Assembly: GCF_036321535.1 (NCBI RefSeq)
Contig: NC_087437.1
Span: 42,720,001-42,784,000 of the forward strand
Reading direction: 5' to 3'
Source of the DNA: Camelus dromedarius
Lineage: Eukaryota
Length of the DNA: 64,000 nucleotides
Shown: positions 13,516-25,588 of the stretch, piece by piece
Layout: every line of letters starts with the position of its first letter
Numbering within the stretch: position 1 is the first letter of the stretch
Notes under the pieces: model-generated
The model's database searches: none
The model's input: only the letters and a program-made list of their open reading frames with translations
What the model was told of the DNA's origin: nothing
Program-made: the position numbers and the translations under genes

Positions 13516-15981
13516 GCACTGCTTTTGTTCTTTACATACACTAAAGTGATGTGGCAAAAATAAATAAGTAAATAGGTCATTGTCACCACCATTCCCCACG
13601 TTAATCCTCTTGAGAGGTCTCCTGTTACCTACTGGATGTCCAAAGTATGCATGGCTCCCTGGCCACCCGCCAGCTCCCCCAGCTTTATTTCCCTCCATTG
13701 TGCTTTTCACTTTCTATGGTAGCAACACTCTACTCCTTCCTGTTTTACCCTGGAGTTTTCTCTTTATACTTTCTTCATACTCTCATCCCCCTGGCTGTTT
13801 TCCCCTGAAATCAATCTTGGGTCATGACAAATAAAATGTATACAATTAGAAGAGTATAATTATATTACAGATGTAACTGAAGAAAGGATAAAGAGCTATA
13901 ATATTGGGATTGAAATCTTATACATCCTTGTAGCTCCTATAATAACCAGCAAGGGTTGATAAAGTAGTAATTACTCAATGTTTCTTTCATTGATTCTTAA
14001 TCCTTTTTTTTTTTTTTTTTTTTTACATTATTACTTCCCTATCCTAGAATCCACTTATTTCCTTCAATACCAGTTTCAGTTTCTTCTGCCTGGTTTTTAA
14101 GGCCATCTAGAATCTGGCTCTGTCCACTCTTACTTCATAATAATGCCTTCCTCTGGCTGTCCCATCTCCTTGCTGTTCTTATTCTTTTTCATGATTCTTT
14201 TCTCAAGTTCTACATCCTGCTAGTAAGTTTTCCCTCAAATAGCATACTCATTTTCCATCCCCTCTGCCCACCCTACTTTTCCATTCAGCTCTTTACTTTT
14301 TAGGTTCATTCACACCTTTAAATTCACCCAAAGTCCTCTCAGCATTTCCATGAGTACTTTATGCATTTTTATCTCTTTGTCTTTAATAGAGAATAATAAT
14401 AGTTCCCAACTCACCGGGTATTGTGAGAATTAGAGGTGTTAGTTTAGATAAAGTGCCTGCCACACAGAGTTCATGCTCATAAAATGTGTATCACAGATTC
14501 CAATCGAACGTTCCTATCCTAAACCTTTGTTCTGCATGGGCATTTCACATCACTGAACACCTGATAGATTTCTAATTGCCTTATTGTTATAGAACTTCTG
14601 TCTAAAGCTTGACTCTAAATCCTTTGAGAACCACATCCCTGTCATATAATGTTCTCTTACTGCTGTATCACTCAATAAGTTGATAGAAAGTAATGATAAA
14701 ATGGTTACTTAAAAATTTATGGTTAATTTCTTAGTATTACTTATCCCACAAAATCAGTGATTAATTATTCTTTGATTAGTAGCATAATTTGAATCATCAT
14801 CTCATCACTATCATCATCATCATAGACCAAAACAAGTATTCCACAAGTTATTTATTTTTGGATATAAAATATACTTTGGTAGTGGCATTCAAGTATATAT
14901 GAATCTGATGTTCAAGGTACTGGTAACAATTCATTCAAAATAAGGAAACCACGCTGAGACAGTGCAGTGAAAGTTGTTTTCCCTTTTTTATTACACCCTG
15001 CCTATCTACATCCTGCTCTTGGATAGAAACAGAATCATCTCTCAGGTGGAAAGAAAGTATTCTCTATTTTAGTGAATGTCAGATGAGGCAACAGAAGAGT
15101 TAACTAATAACCATATGTTGAAATGGAAATTTTCCCCTAACTTTCTTCTAGATAATCTGAATCAAGAGAGTAACCACAGCCTCACTCTGTGCTACATTTC
15201 TGTAAACAAATTCAAGTGGATCTCATCGACTCAGTACCTGCAGAGTCTGCTTGAACATCACATGGCGTGATGTGTGAAGGCTGGAAAGGGGTAGAGGAAA
15301 CAGAGAGAGGATTGCTGTTTTCAACTTTATCTGGCTTTGGAAGCCTTGGAGGAAATTTTGAAAGTTGGATAGTGGGAGAAATTTGAGGCAATATTATCCA
15401 ACATTTGGATAAGAATCATCTTTTTTTTAATGTCTGTGAACCTCAACATGGAATCATCAAACTGAATAACAGTTTAGGGTTGTGTCAGACTTCAGTGACT
15501 GAGTTGGTTAGGTTTTGATTCACAACAATGTGAAGAGTTAACTACATTTAAAAACACGCTAACATTTACTGTCATTTGAATCAAACCCATAACGACCACT
15601 CATAAACTATGGAAATGATTCTGCTTGTGAAAAAGATCTTGCTCAGCTTCCTTGGATTAATAATTCATTTTTTGTGAGGTTATCACTAATGGGACGAATT
15701 TAATATTTCAGACACACGTATTAACTAATCCTGACTGGTGTTTAGTGTTAGTCTATTTCTTAGCGTTAACAGGAAAGTAGTCATTAAGTTAATTTGCTTT
15801 TTAAGTGAATTTGAGATTATTTTAAGTGTACATTTTCATGACAATGACATTCACATTTTTCTTGATGCTTTAAAATGTTTAGATCTTGCTTTTCTTAATT
15901 CCCTTTAAATAAGCACACATGGGGTAACACCTATTGTAGGTGATTTTAAAGGAGAAGGAAGTGATGAACATCTATTATGCT

Positions 15982-16160
15982 AGTGGTTCTCAACTATTAG
16001 CTGTTCAATAAAATGACCTGGGAATCTAAAAAACACCAGTGCCCCAGGCATGGTCGTTGCCTGAACCCCAGAGAATGGTATCAGACTCTCTAAGGGTGGA
16101 TTTCGGCATCTGGATATATTTAATAGCTCCCCTGGGTGATTGTAATTATGTCAAGAACCT
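15982..16160. mobile_element. MER5-family hAT MITE
   Basis: tagtggttctcaac...cctgggaatctaaaaaacaccagtgcccc...agctcccctgggtgattgtaat. Confidence 0.75.
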
Positions 16161-16672
16161 ACAAGGTTCATAATATTTTTAGATGAAATGTGACTCTATT
16201 TCATTTGTAACATGATACAAGTTATACTACAGTCTTGCTTATTGAAAATTCTCCTAGTCACCTCTCCCCACCCTCCACACTCTCACACTATGGGGAAATG
16301 TGGTTCTCTCTGCGATAGCCAGTGCCTGTCTTGCAACCCTCACCTGCCCCATTGTCTACTCTTTCCCTCCTTTTGATTCTCCCCATCTCCCTGCCCGCAA
16401 GCTCTCTCACTTTATGGGCTATGGGTGCTGCATGTGAGTAAGAATTGTTGCTCCTTTCCTTGTTGTGTCAGTGGCAGCTCTTGTGCAGGAAAGGGAGGGG
16501 AGCTTAGCCAGAGTCAGATGAGTGGGAGGGTGGGTGTGCTGGGGGCAGGGGTGGGGGGCGTGGAGCCAGGGCCGTTTGGGTAATAGCCTCCATAGGAACA
16601 GGAAGCCACCAAACAGAGGAGTCGCCTTGGACATTCTTCCCATTCCCTATCTCTCTCTTTTTTCTTTATATA

Positions 16673-16675
16673 TAT

Positions 16676-16746
<71 letters not shown>

Positions 16747-16822
16747 TTGGAGTATAGTCAGTTTACAATGTTGTGTCAATCTGTGGTGTACAGCACAATG
16801 CTTCGGTCATACATGATCATAC
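16673..16822 (-). mobile_element. L1 3' tip with (TAAA)n tail microsatellite (16673-16748)
   Basis: (TTTA)n followed by ggagtatagtcagtttacaatgttgtgtcaatctgtggtgtacagcacaatg, homologous to 20031-20080. Confidence 0.85.
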
Positions 16823-17939
16823 ACACTAATAATACTCAGCCTGAAAAATATTGTCTTCCTTTAACCACACATCACCTCTCCTTTGTGTAGCTTAAATCTC
16901 CTATTGATATTTTTGATTCCACTGAGGTCAAGTTGATGACCACTGGAATTAATTAAACTACATCAAGGTATGTAGGAAGTCCTTCCTTCTAAATGTCCAC
17001 TTGAAGGACACATTTCAGGAAAAACCTTTAAAGATATAAATAATAACAACACACTAAACTAAAAATAGAAAAAGTACATAACTTGAAAATGCAAATAAAA
17101 TCCTGGAATGCAGGTAGTGGGAGCCTATTCTTTGTCTCTAATCTCTGACTTCTTGCTGGCAGGGACTGAGTTTTATGTATATTTGTATCCCCTCCACTGA
17201 AAGAGCCAGTGAATGTTAGTGGTATTAACGTATTTTTTTCTTACAATGGCAAATTCTGCTCTTCCGGAGATTGGTCTTATTTAACTAGTGCTTAATTATA
17301 GGACTATATCTAATTTTATTGTTTTATTTTGAGATTAAGGGAGGTATTTGCTTTGTATTTTCCTGTTATGTAAATTTAATAGCATTTAAAAAATATTTTT
17401 TATCATTAAGTACTTACTAGCTATGGTGTCCCTGAATGGGACAAAGATGGCAACAATCAAGGTAAAAACTGAAATATTTAATTCTGACCATACAGAGTTC
17501 AACAGTCAAATTATATGTGACTACTAAGAAAAAATGAACTATTTCTAGCATAACAGCTTGTGTATTCAAGTGAAAGCTTGTATTTTTTTTTTTGTCAGAA
17601 GTAGTTAATAGTTCAAAATTGTGTTTAATTTAGATCACTGCTTCTGAAAGAGGGAATAGAGTAAAAAGCAATGAATTATTTTGGTCTCTTGCTTTGGTTT
17701 CATTTCATATGTCATTAAAATAATACTATGTATGTTTTTAATGTTAATTAAAGGAAAAAGAGATATGGATTAAAACAATGATGATAAGCTACTGAATTGG
17801 GCAAAATCCTTTGGGGTGCTAAAGTTTTAAGTTAAACACATAGTGTACAAGGAAATGAGAAACTTCAGAAATACAGTGACACCCTGTACATGGATTTAAA
17901 ATTCATCATGTTTTCTAACAAGTGAGTCTCCACGAAAGC

Positions 17940-18110
17940 ACCTTGTAGTTGAGTATTATTTCTTATCATTCCTGCTTAACAATGCTCTAAGACATTCAGA
18001 AAGTTGCTCAAAGTCACACAGCAATTAGCTATCAGAAGCAGTGTCAAACACAGATAATCTGACTCCAGATTTGGTGCTCTGTCCATCACAGCTTTGGACC
18101 CACGTGGCCA
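17940..18110 (-). mobile_element. MIR
   Basis: ttcagaaagttgctcaaagtcacacagcaatt...tctgactccagatttggtgctct. Confidence 0.7.
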
Positions 18111-18211
18111 CCTAGGGCTACGTGAACCAGACACATGAACGTGCTTATTGCTAACTTGCCAGATAGGCAATGGGGCAGGCGTTCACAAACCTACCACTGG
18201 TATGGCATAAA

Positions 18212-18378
18212 TCCTTGCTACTCAGAGTGGTCCCTGACAGCAGCATGGGCATCACTGGGGAGCTTATCTGAAATGAGGCCTCTATCTGGGTGCTGCATCA
18301 GGGACCTGAAGCATCAGAATCTGCATTTTTAACAGTGCTCCTACACAACTTTTATACACATTGAAATATGAAAAGCTA
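18212..18378. mobile_element. MER5A-like hAT MITE
   Basis: ccttgctactcagagtggtcc...gcagcatgggcatcactggggagctt...tcagaatctgcatttttaaca. Confidence 0.85.
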
Positions 18379-18384
18379 GAGTGT

Positions 18385-18600
18385 AAATCATTCTTGACGT
18401 GAAATCAGGGCACCTGAATTCGATCTCAGCCATGCCACAAACTAGCTGGTTCACTTTAAGTAAGCTTTTTAACTTCATAGAACATCAGTTTGTTTTTTTT
18501 TAATCTGTGAAATGGGGATGATAATATCTGTTTTTGAGGATTATTATGATGATTATTTCAATAAAAGGGCCTGGACCTCAGCAGGAGTTTAAGAAATGCA
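18385..18600 (+). mobile_element. MIR
   Basis: cctgaattcgatctcagccatgccacaaactagctg...aatctgtgaaatggggatgataata. Confidence 0.8.
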
Positions 18601-18983
18601 CACTGAATCCCTGTGCAAATCCACAGTTATGTGAGGTTCCCTCAGGCACTCAGCGAATTTGGTCAACTTGATTTCCTGATTACGTTGGACTAGGAACTAT
18701 CTGTGTTTGAATCCATTTACATTAAGCTTTCTGGGATGTCCACATTTTCATGCCCTAGAGATTGGTTACAGAATTATTCTCAGCAGAGCAATTATAGGTG
18801 AGGCTGCCCTATAATGAGATATCTTTGCTACTTCATTAAATAAACCCCCTTGGATGGGTTCCAAAATGGACCTGCCTCATACCAAATTCCATTACACTGG
18901 AAGTAATCTCATAAGAAGGCCCTGGTGCGGGTTCAATTGTCCTGGATACCTAGTGTTTACCATAAAGAGAATGTGTTCTAGAA

Positions 18984-19385
18984 CAGTGATTCCCAAAAGC
19001 TGGTTCTCAGGCCAATGTTTTACCGATCCAAGGGGCAATACAAAAAAAGACAATTTAGTCAACTTTTCATAAAGTTGAATTATAATCTTTTTTTAAAAAA
19101 AACTTCATTCTGAGAGTATGCCCTATTTTCTTTCTATCTTTTCAATGTTAAACTGCTCCATATTTTTATGAAATAATGATGAAATAGATGGTAATTTTTG
19201 TAATGTTCTTGCACAATAAAAAATATAAAATCAATTTTCTCCCTTCTCCAATTTTTTTTAATTTTATTACCCTTGAAATCCCAAAGTTCTGAACTATATT
19301 TTTATAGAAAAAAATGCTTAAAAAGAAATTCTTTCCTATGAAATTAGTGAGGGGCATAGAGCATTTTAAATTGGGAATCAAACTG
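18984..19385 (+). mobile_element. hAT-Charlie non-autonomous element
   Basis: TIR pair CAGTGATTCCCAA ... TTGGGAATCA(A)ACTG, preceded by ttctagaa, which fits the hAT-Charlie target preference. Confidence 0.7.
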
Positions 19386-19439
19386 CAAAGTTTTAATTGA
19401 AGGGCAACTTTGTTCAACGTCAGCATCTCACACAGTGTA

Positions 19440-19565
19440 AAAGTTCCTCAAACAGCAACGCGGACAAGGACACCTTGGGATGTTAACATGCAGATCCTGA
19501 TTCTGCAGGTCTGGCACAGCTCAAAGTTCTGTATTTCCAACAAACTCATATTTTGAGTAGTAAAG
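19440..19565. mobile_element. MER5A-like fragment
   Basis: aacatgcagatcctgattctgcaggtctgg...ctgtatttccaacaaactc...tttgagtagtaaag. Confidence 0.65.
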
Positions 19566-19820
19566 ACGTAGTGGTTAAGGTGGTGAGCTCTGAACCGGAC
19601 CACCCTGGTCTATCTCTTGGCTCTACCACTTTTAACTGTTGACCCTTGAGCAAGTTATTTAACCTATATCTCCCTTAGTTTACTTATTAGCAACAAAAGA
19701 ACAGTCACAGTCACATCTCATATGTTTGTTGTTAGAAAAAAATGGAAAATGGAATGTAAATATTCCCAGAATGTAAAATACAGTACTGGACATAGAAAGA
19801 GCTCCATAAATGTGAGTTAT
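19566..19820 (+). mobile_element. MIR
   Basis: gtagtggttaagg...ggctctaccact...gacccttgagcaagttatttaacct. Confidence 0.8.
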
Positions 19821-20020
19821 TAGTCTAACTTCACAGATCAGTGACTATAGCATCAAGATATTAAAAAAAAGATTAGCACCTCAAGGAGTTCCTATGTGAT
19901 GAAGTAGGAAGAATTTTAAATTCTGTTTGGTGAGGGTTAAGCTGTGTTCTGTCTTCTTTGAGTGGTTCAGTGGGATTGCTTGAAGCTACGAATCTTGAAA
20001 GGCATGTATAGATCTATTCT

Positions 20021-20841
20021 TTTTTTAATTGAAGTATAGTCAGTTACAATGTGTCAATTTCTGGTGTACAGCACAATGTCCCAGTTACGCATATACATAC
20101 ACATATTCATTTTCATATTCTTTTTCATTAAAGGTTATTACAAGATATTGAGTGTAGTTCCCTCCACTATACAGAAGAAACTTTTTTTTAAAATCTGTTT
20201 TTAGTAAATCTCAAATTCCCAAATTTATCCCGTCCCACCCCCTTTCCCTGGTAACCATAGATTGTTTACTATGTCTGCGAGTCAGTTTCTGTTTTGTAGA
20301 TGAGTTCATAATGCCCTTTTTTTTCTTTTTCTTTTTCTTTTTTTTTTAGATTCCACAAATAAGTGATATCATATGGTGTTTTTCTTTCCCTTTCTGGCTT
20401 ACTTCACTTAGAATGACCACCTCTAGGTCCATCCATGTTGCTACAAGTGGCATTATTTTATTATTTTTATGGCTGAGTAGTATTCCATTGTATAAATATA
20501 GCACAACTTCTTTGTCCAGTCATCTGTCGATGGACATTTAGGTTGTTTCCATGTCTTGGCTATTCTAAATAGTGCTGCTATGAACATTGGGGCACATGTA
20601 TCTTTTCAAATTAGAGTTCCCTCTGGATATATACCCAGAAGTGGGATTGCTGGATCATATGGTAAGTCTGTTTTTAGTTTTTTGAGGAATCTCCATACTG
20701 TTTTCCATAATGGCTGCACCAAACTACATTCCCACCAGCAGTGTAGGAGGGTTCCCTTTTCTCCACACCCTCTCCAGCATTTATCATTCATGGACTTTTG
20801 AATGATGGCCATTCTGACTGGTGTGAGGTGATACCTCATTG
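20021..20841 (-). mobile_element. Lineage-specific 5'-truncated L1 (ORF2 C-terminus plus 3' UTR) with a 12-bp TSD
   Basis: Minus [58 protein letters not shown] is the L1 ORF2 cysteine-rich region. TSD tagatctattct at 20009-20020 and 20842-20853. Confidence 0.97.
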
Positions 20842-21627
20842 TAGATCTATTCTAATTCAAAAAGTGAAAGTTTCTCAATTACTGAGATCTTAAGAGTAAG
20901 GTTGAAATAATGGTACGGTTTAGATTGCATGCTGCAAACTTTTGAGAACCTTTAATAATTTCTTTGAATGTTTATAAATGACAAGAAAAATATGATCAGT
21001 ATATTTCCAGACCTTAAGTTTTCCTATAGGTCTTTACTTTATCAATAATTATTCTTTTCCCCATGAACAGTGCAGCTAGAATGTTTATTAATTAATCTCT
21101 TCATAATTTTTATTGACAGCTAAGCAATTTGTTGAAAATGTGTGTATTGCTTAAAATGCAAATGCAACTACATGAGGATAGTGTCTTATATTTCTTCATT
21201 TTAATAGAATCCCTACTATTTTTACTAGAGGGTGAATTTATATACTTATTCTTTAAAAGTTGCAGGTAATAACACCTAGGCATAAAAATGTGATTTAATA
21301 TAGAGTTGTGTTTTTATCTTCAGTTTATACCTTTTGCCCTCTGGTGTGACTTCTGCTGTGATTTCAAACAGAAGAGCAAATGATAACTGATTTTAACAAA
21401 GATTGATGAATTGGTTACAGAGCTAAGGGCTAATCTTACCTACCTAACTGGTTCAACTTTATATAGTAAAAAGAAGGCATAGAAAAAAAAGTTATTTCAT
21501 GAATCACATTTAAATAAACACCTGTGTTCTGAAATCCTAAGAGATTAAAGTTGACTGCTTTTTGGAAGCTAAATTGTTATCTTCTGAATCATTGCATACC
21601 ATTTTTATCTTGTTCATTATAAAATAC

Positions 21628-21990
21628 TAGAGAAAGAAAAATATCATATGGTATCACTTATATGTGGAATCTAAAAATAAAAAGATACAAGTTCTATTTA
21701 CAAACTAAAACTAGACTAATGGACATAGAAAACAAACTATGGTTACCAAAGGGGAAATTGTGGGGAGAGATAAATTAGGGGTTGGGGATTAACAGACATG
21801 TATTACTATATGTAAAAATGATAAATCACAAGGACGTACTGTATAGCACAGGGAACTATATTCAGTTTCTTGCAATAACATGTAATGGAAAAGAATCTGA
21901 AAAGAAAAATATATATGCATGTATATGTATAACTGAATCACTTTGCTGTACACCTGAAACTAACACTGTAAATCAACTACACTTCAATAA
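21628..21990 (+). mobile_element. L1 3' UTR (artiodactyl type)
   Basis: atatcatatggtatcacttatatgtggaatctaaaa...ctgtatagcacagggaactatattc...actgaatcactttgctgtacacctgaaactaacac...cttcaataa. Confidence 0.92.
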
Positions 21991-22329
21991 GTTTTTTTTA
22001 AGTCATACATTTATCTCTCTAGTTAGTGACTATTTTATAAAAACAAAAGAATTTAATATTTTGTTAAGAACACAGGGAAACTAACATATAAGCAGAATAT
22101 TTCTAATGGGTTTATTAGAGAAATTGGAAGTTATAGTATCAGTTAATAATATTCACAAATTTCCAGGGTTTTCCCCCAGTTTTTACTTTCTATTTCTTTT
22201 CCATCATCTTACCTTTAACCACAGTCAGTCTGCTGTCGACTTGTACAGCTGACTTTGTACCACCCAGTGGACGAGCATTTTGTATGCCTCTCAGTGCCTC
22301 CCAAGTAATAAGCCCTCCATGGGAAAGCT

Positions 22330-22810
22330 GCTTGTTATCCTTCAGTATCCATATCTATTCTCCCCTTCTTCCTCAGTAATAGCACCCCTGAATGTTAGGG
22401 CCATTGGGAATAAAGACCATATTTTCCAGTCTCACTTGTAGGTTTGTGCAGCCACATAACTAAATTTGGGTTAATGAAAAAAAAAGAAAAAAGAAGACTA
22501 GAAACGGTGTTGATACTTCCATAAAGTGTGCTTGGCAGGACGCAGTGTGCCTCTTCCCTTCCTCTTGCCCCTCCTGGATGGCCAGAAGGTGTATGTGATG
22601 ACACCAGCAGGAGCTGCCATTTTGGATCATGAAGTACAAGCCACATCCTGAGGGACAAAATAGCATCTGGCACCCTGATGATCGCCCCATACCCCATACC
22701 AGCGCTTGGTTGCCTAACATTTATGTGGGGAAGAAAAACCTCTCTTGCTTTAGACACAGTTATTTTGGGTTTCTGTCACTTGCACCCAAAATTTGATCCT
22801 AACTCCACAC
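22330..22810 (+). mobile_element. MaLR LTR (MLT1J-like)
   Basis: ttctccccttcttcctcagtaatagcacccctga...gctgccattttggatcatga...ttattttgggtttctgtcacttgca...tcctaact. Confidence 0.8.
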
Positions 22811-23236
22811 ACTGAAATATTGATGCATCTGTCTCTTATGTGTGATCTTTATCATTATGCCGTGGTCTCTGTCAGCCACCCTATCTTACTCAAAGTCATG
22901 TTAGGACCTAAGGAAAAGCAAGAGAGACATTAAATAATGCCCGAGAACACTCCGTACTGAGGAAGTTAAATTTAAGAGAAATTAAATTCAGGAGAGGAAA
23001 GAGTTAAAGAGGTTAAAAATCTTTTATATTCCCAGTAACTCTGGTTTATTAAGAGACATTCTAGGTAAGATTTCAAAAGTTAACTCCCAAGATAATTAGA
23101 CAAAAGCTAGGCCAGATGTCTAAGCTAAGTTTTGGTCTCAAAATAATTACCTTTGTTAATTACCAGTAATTAGTGTCAGCATCCAACTCTTTCCAGAAAA
23201 CCTTTGAGTGAGGGGGAGAAGAGGAAGAAAGTGAAA

Positions 23237-23280
23237 GAGAGAGAGAGAGAGAGAGAGAAGAGGGGAAGAGAGAGAGAGAG
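23237..23280. repeat. (GA)n imperfect microsatellite
   Basis: Read directly from the sequence. Confidence 0.9.
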
Positions 23281-24957
23281 AATGTGCACAGTGGAGTCAG
23301 AACACAAGCATCTTCCTGTACAGTTACACACCTTGGGGTCATTAAAATCTGATTCAAATTTTACAATTTTGAACAGTGATTTTTATGGAAAAAAGTGGAT
23401 ATTTTCTTCCAGTGAATGCAGATATCTTTTGCTTCTACCTAGACTTAATTTGAATTTTATGTTCTGTCTTATTTTATGCCTTTTCTTTCCATTGTCAAAA
23501 TGTTTCTTTTTATTTACCTATAAAATTACACCTTTAACCCTGCCCCCCACTCCCCCAAAAAACTTTCAGCTGAAAATAGCCCTAACAGAAGTGCCCACAG
23601 TTCTTCCAGGAGTCTTTACTTAGCTTCCTTTCCTCAGTCAGAAGCTTCTTTCTAGTCTTTAGCTCACAGAACAGCAGGGGATTCTCAGTGGTTGGTGGAT
23701 AACTTAATTTGGGGGGTCAGTTTTTATATAGTTCAGAAGTTTACATAGTGCATCACTTTTCCCTTTGTGTGAATGAGACTTTATAAAGGCAGAAATATTC
23801 ATAGATGCATCTACTGTGTGCTACCTCATCACTTCAAGTCTCTTTGGGCCTCCTATTTTTGTGCTTAGAGTTTCTTTTTAAATATTCAGGGGCACCTTAG
23901 TCTCATATTGTGTATTAATAATTCATTGTAGATGTAGTCATTTTAACTGGCAAGTAACAGTGGAGATAATACTTTACTCTTTAAATCTCCATCACAGACC
24001 TCTCACACTGCCCATGCCCCATGTCCCATGGTGGATCAATCACTCCTTTATGCCGTCTCTATTTCTGTTCACTGGTTTATCTACCTTACTGGACTTTTAG
24101 AGGAAAGGCACCATGTCTTAACTCAGCTCTTGTATCTCCAGTGGCCTCTAGGCCTATATAAAATGCATTGAAAAAACCTTTTTTTTTGTAATTAATGAAA
24201 TACTCAGTCACCAATATTGCCAAGCCAGTGGGGCGTCTGGTTATACACTCTGGTCGTTTTATAAATTCAGTGAGTCATGAGATGGTGCAATTTTTCCCAC
24301 TACCTTTTTTTGTGTTTTATTGGTGAGTCTCACATTTATTTTAGCTCATGGGCTGTTTCTTTATGCCGAGATATTGACCAACTTACCTGCTTCCAGAGAG
24401 AAAAATAATTATTCATAAGGCTTAGTAGAATGGGAAGGAAAGTGAAGTTTGATGGCAAGGTAGAATGGTGTTATTTTGCTTTTAATCAGTATTATGCATA
24501 AATTATCAGCACATGCTAAAGAGTAAAGATGGTTATGTTTAATCATGAAGACTACATGTCAAAAGGGGACCCTTTGTATACTCATTAACTGCCTATTTCT
24601 TGAGAATCTATATTCTGCTCACCACCCCTGTACTAAAACTTTTTGGCTTTTATAGGTGTACATCTAAATTACAAAACCAACTGCATTTAATATATGACCA
24701 TTCACTGCTGAGTTTGTTAAAGAAAAAGCATGAGATATGCTTTTGGGGGTGATTTCTGTATGTCAAGTGCACACAGGCATATTAATTTGCAGGCACATCC
24801 TATTTATGTAAACTGGGACCTGCATAGCCCCGATATCATTTGGTATTTTCATCCCATGATCACTGTTCATTACAGAATGATCAGAGCTGCTAATGTAATT
24901 ACAGCTCTCCCTTTCACAGCTTCCTGTCACCAATCTACATTTTCTTTAATCCCATAC

Positions 24958-25569
24958 CTCCAGTGCTGTTCTGAACTGTCCTGCCGCCACGGCGTATTTC
25001 TTCTGTCTGTAGCAAGAGCTGGCATCCTTTAAGGCTACCTGAAGCCATTTGTCAATCTGAGGCGGAATGCTGAAATTCAGCACACGCAAAGGGTAAACTA
25101 TTTCAGCAGCTCGGTATATTGGCCAAATCCCAGTGGGCATGAAGGACTTTACAAACTCATAGCTCACGTCCTCTTCATCGACGTAGACCAACTTCACCTC
25201 CACATCCATGATATTCTTTAAGGGGATATGAGGCAGGGGCAGGGTGATCAACGGACTGTCAAGTTCTATCATCTTTGCCTCTTTCTTTCCAGCTGGCTTT
25301 TCTTCACCATCTGCCTTCCTTTTAAAGGCCACTTTCTCTAAATCATTGCTTTGTTTTTCTTTGATGCTCTTTGCCATTTTTATTCTTTCAATTGTGATTT
25401 CTACTTGTCTATCTCTACAGCTTTTCTTAATCTCTCGTGGCATTTCCAGGATGCTGGGTGGGTTTGCCAGGGTGGACATTTTCTTGCTTGTGTTCATCTT
25501 TGGAACGAGTTGACCAGGATAGACCCTATTTACTGTATTCTCCACACTCCTACTGCTTCCTGAATCCAT
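24958..25569 (-). CDS. SPATA16: SPATA16 first coding exon (codons 1-204; N-terminal region and start of the TPR region)
   Basis: Translation MDSGSSRSVENTVNRVY...PLPHIPLKNIMDVEVKLVY...PQIDKWLQVALKDASSCYRQKKYAVAAGQFRTALE matches mammalian SPATA16 as I recall it. The exon ends in phase 0 at GAG|GTATGG (donor GT at 24957-24956). The ORF track's final VWD* is intron read-through. Confidence 0.97.
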
Positions 25570-25588
25570 TGATTCCCCCCTGAAACTC
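25570..25588 (-). other. SPATA16: 5' UTR portion of SPATA16 exon 2 (19 nt before the ATG)
   Basis: Minus strand reads ttttcttcttcttacccctacAG|gagtttcaggggggaatcaATG: a polypyrimidine tract and CAG acceptor with AG at 25590-25589. Confidence 0.85.

Larger units (their letters stand above)
1..24957 (-). other. SPATA16: SPATA16 intron 2 (partial, runs out of the window)
   Basis: Begins with GTATGG after exon 2. I did not see the next SPATA16 coding exon (LCSKG...) in 1-24957. Confidence 0.8.

Noticed and set aside
24946..24957. ORF tail VWD* as the SPATA16 C-terminus
   Set aside because: Lies beyond the GT donor; SPATA16 continues in exons outside the window.
25244..25563. Plus-strand ORFs overlapping SPATA16 exon 2
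   Set aside because: Antisense shadows of the real exon, with no independent evidence.
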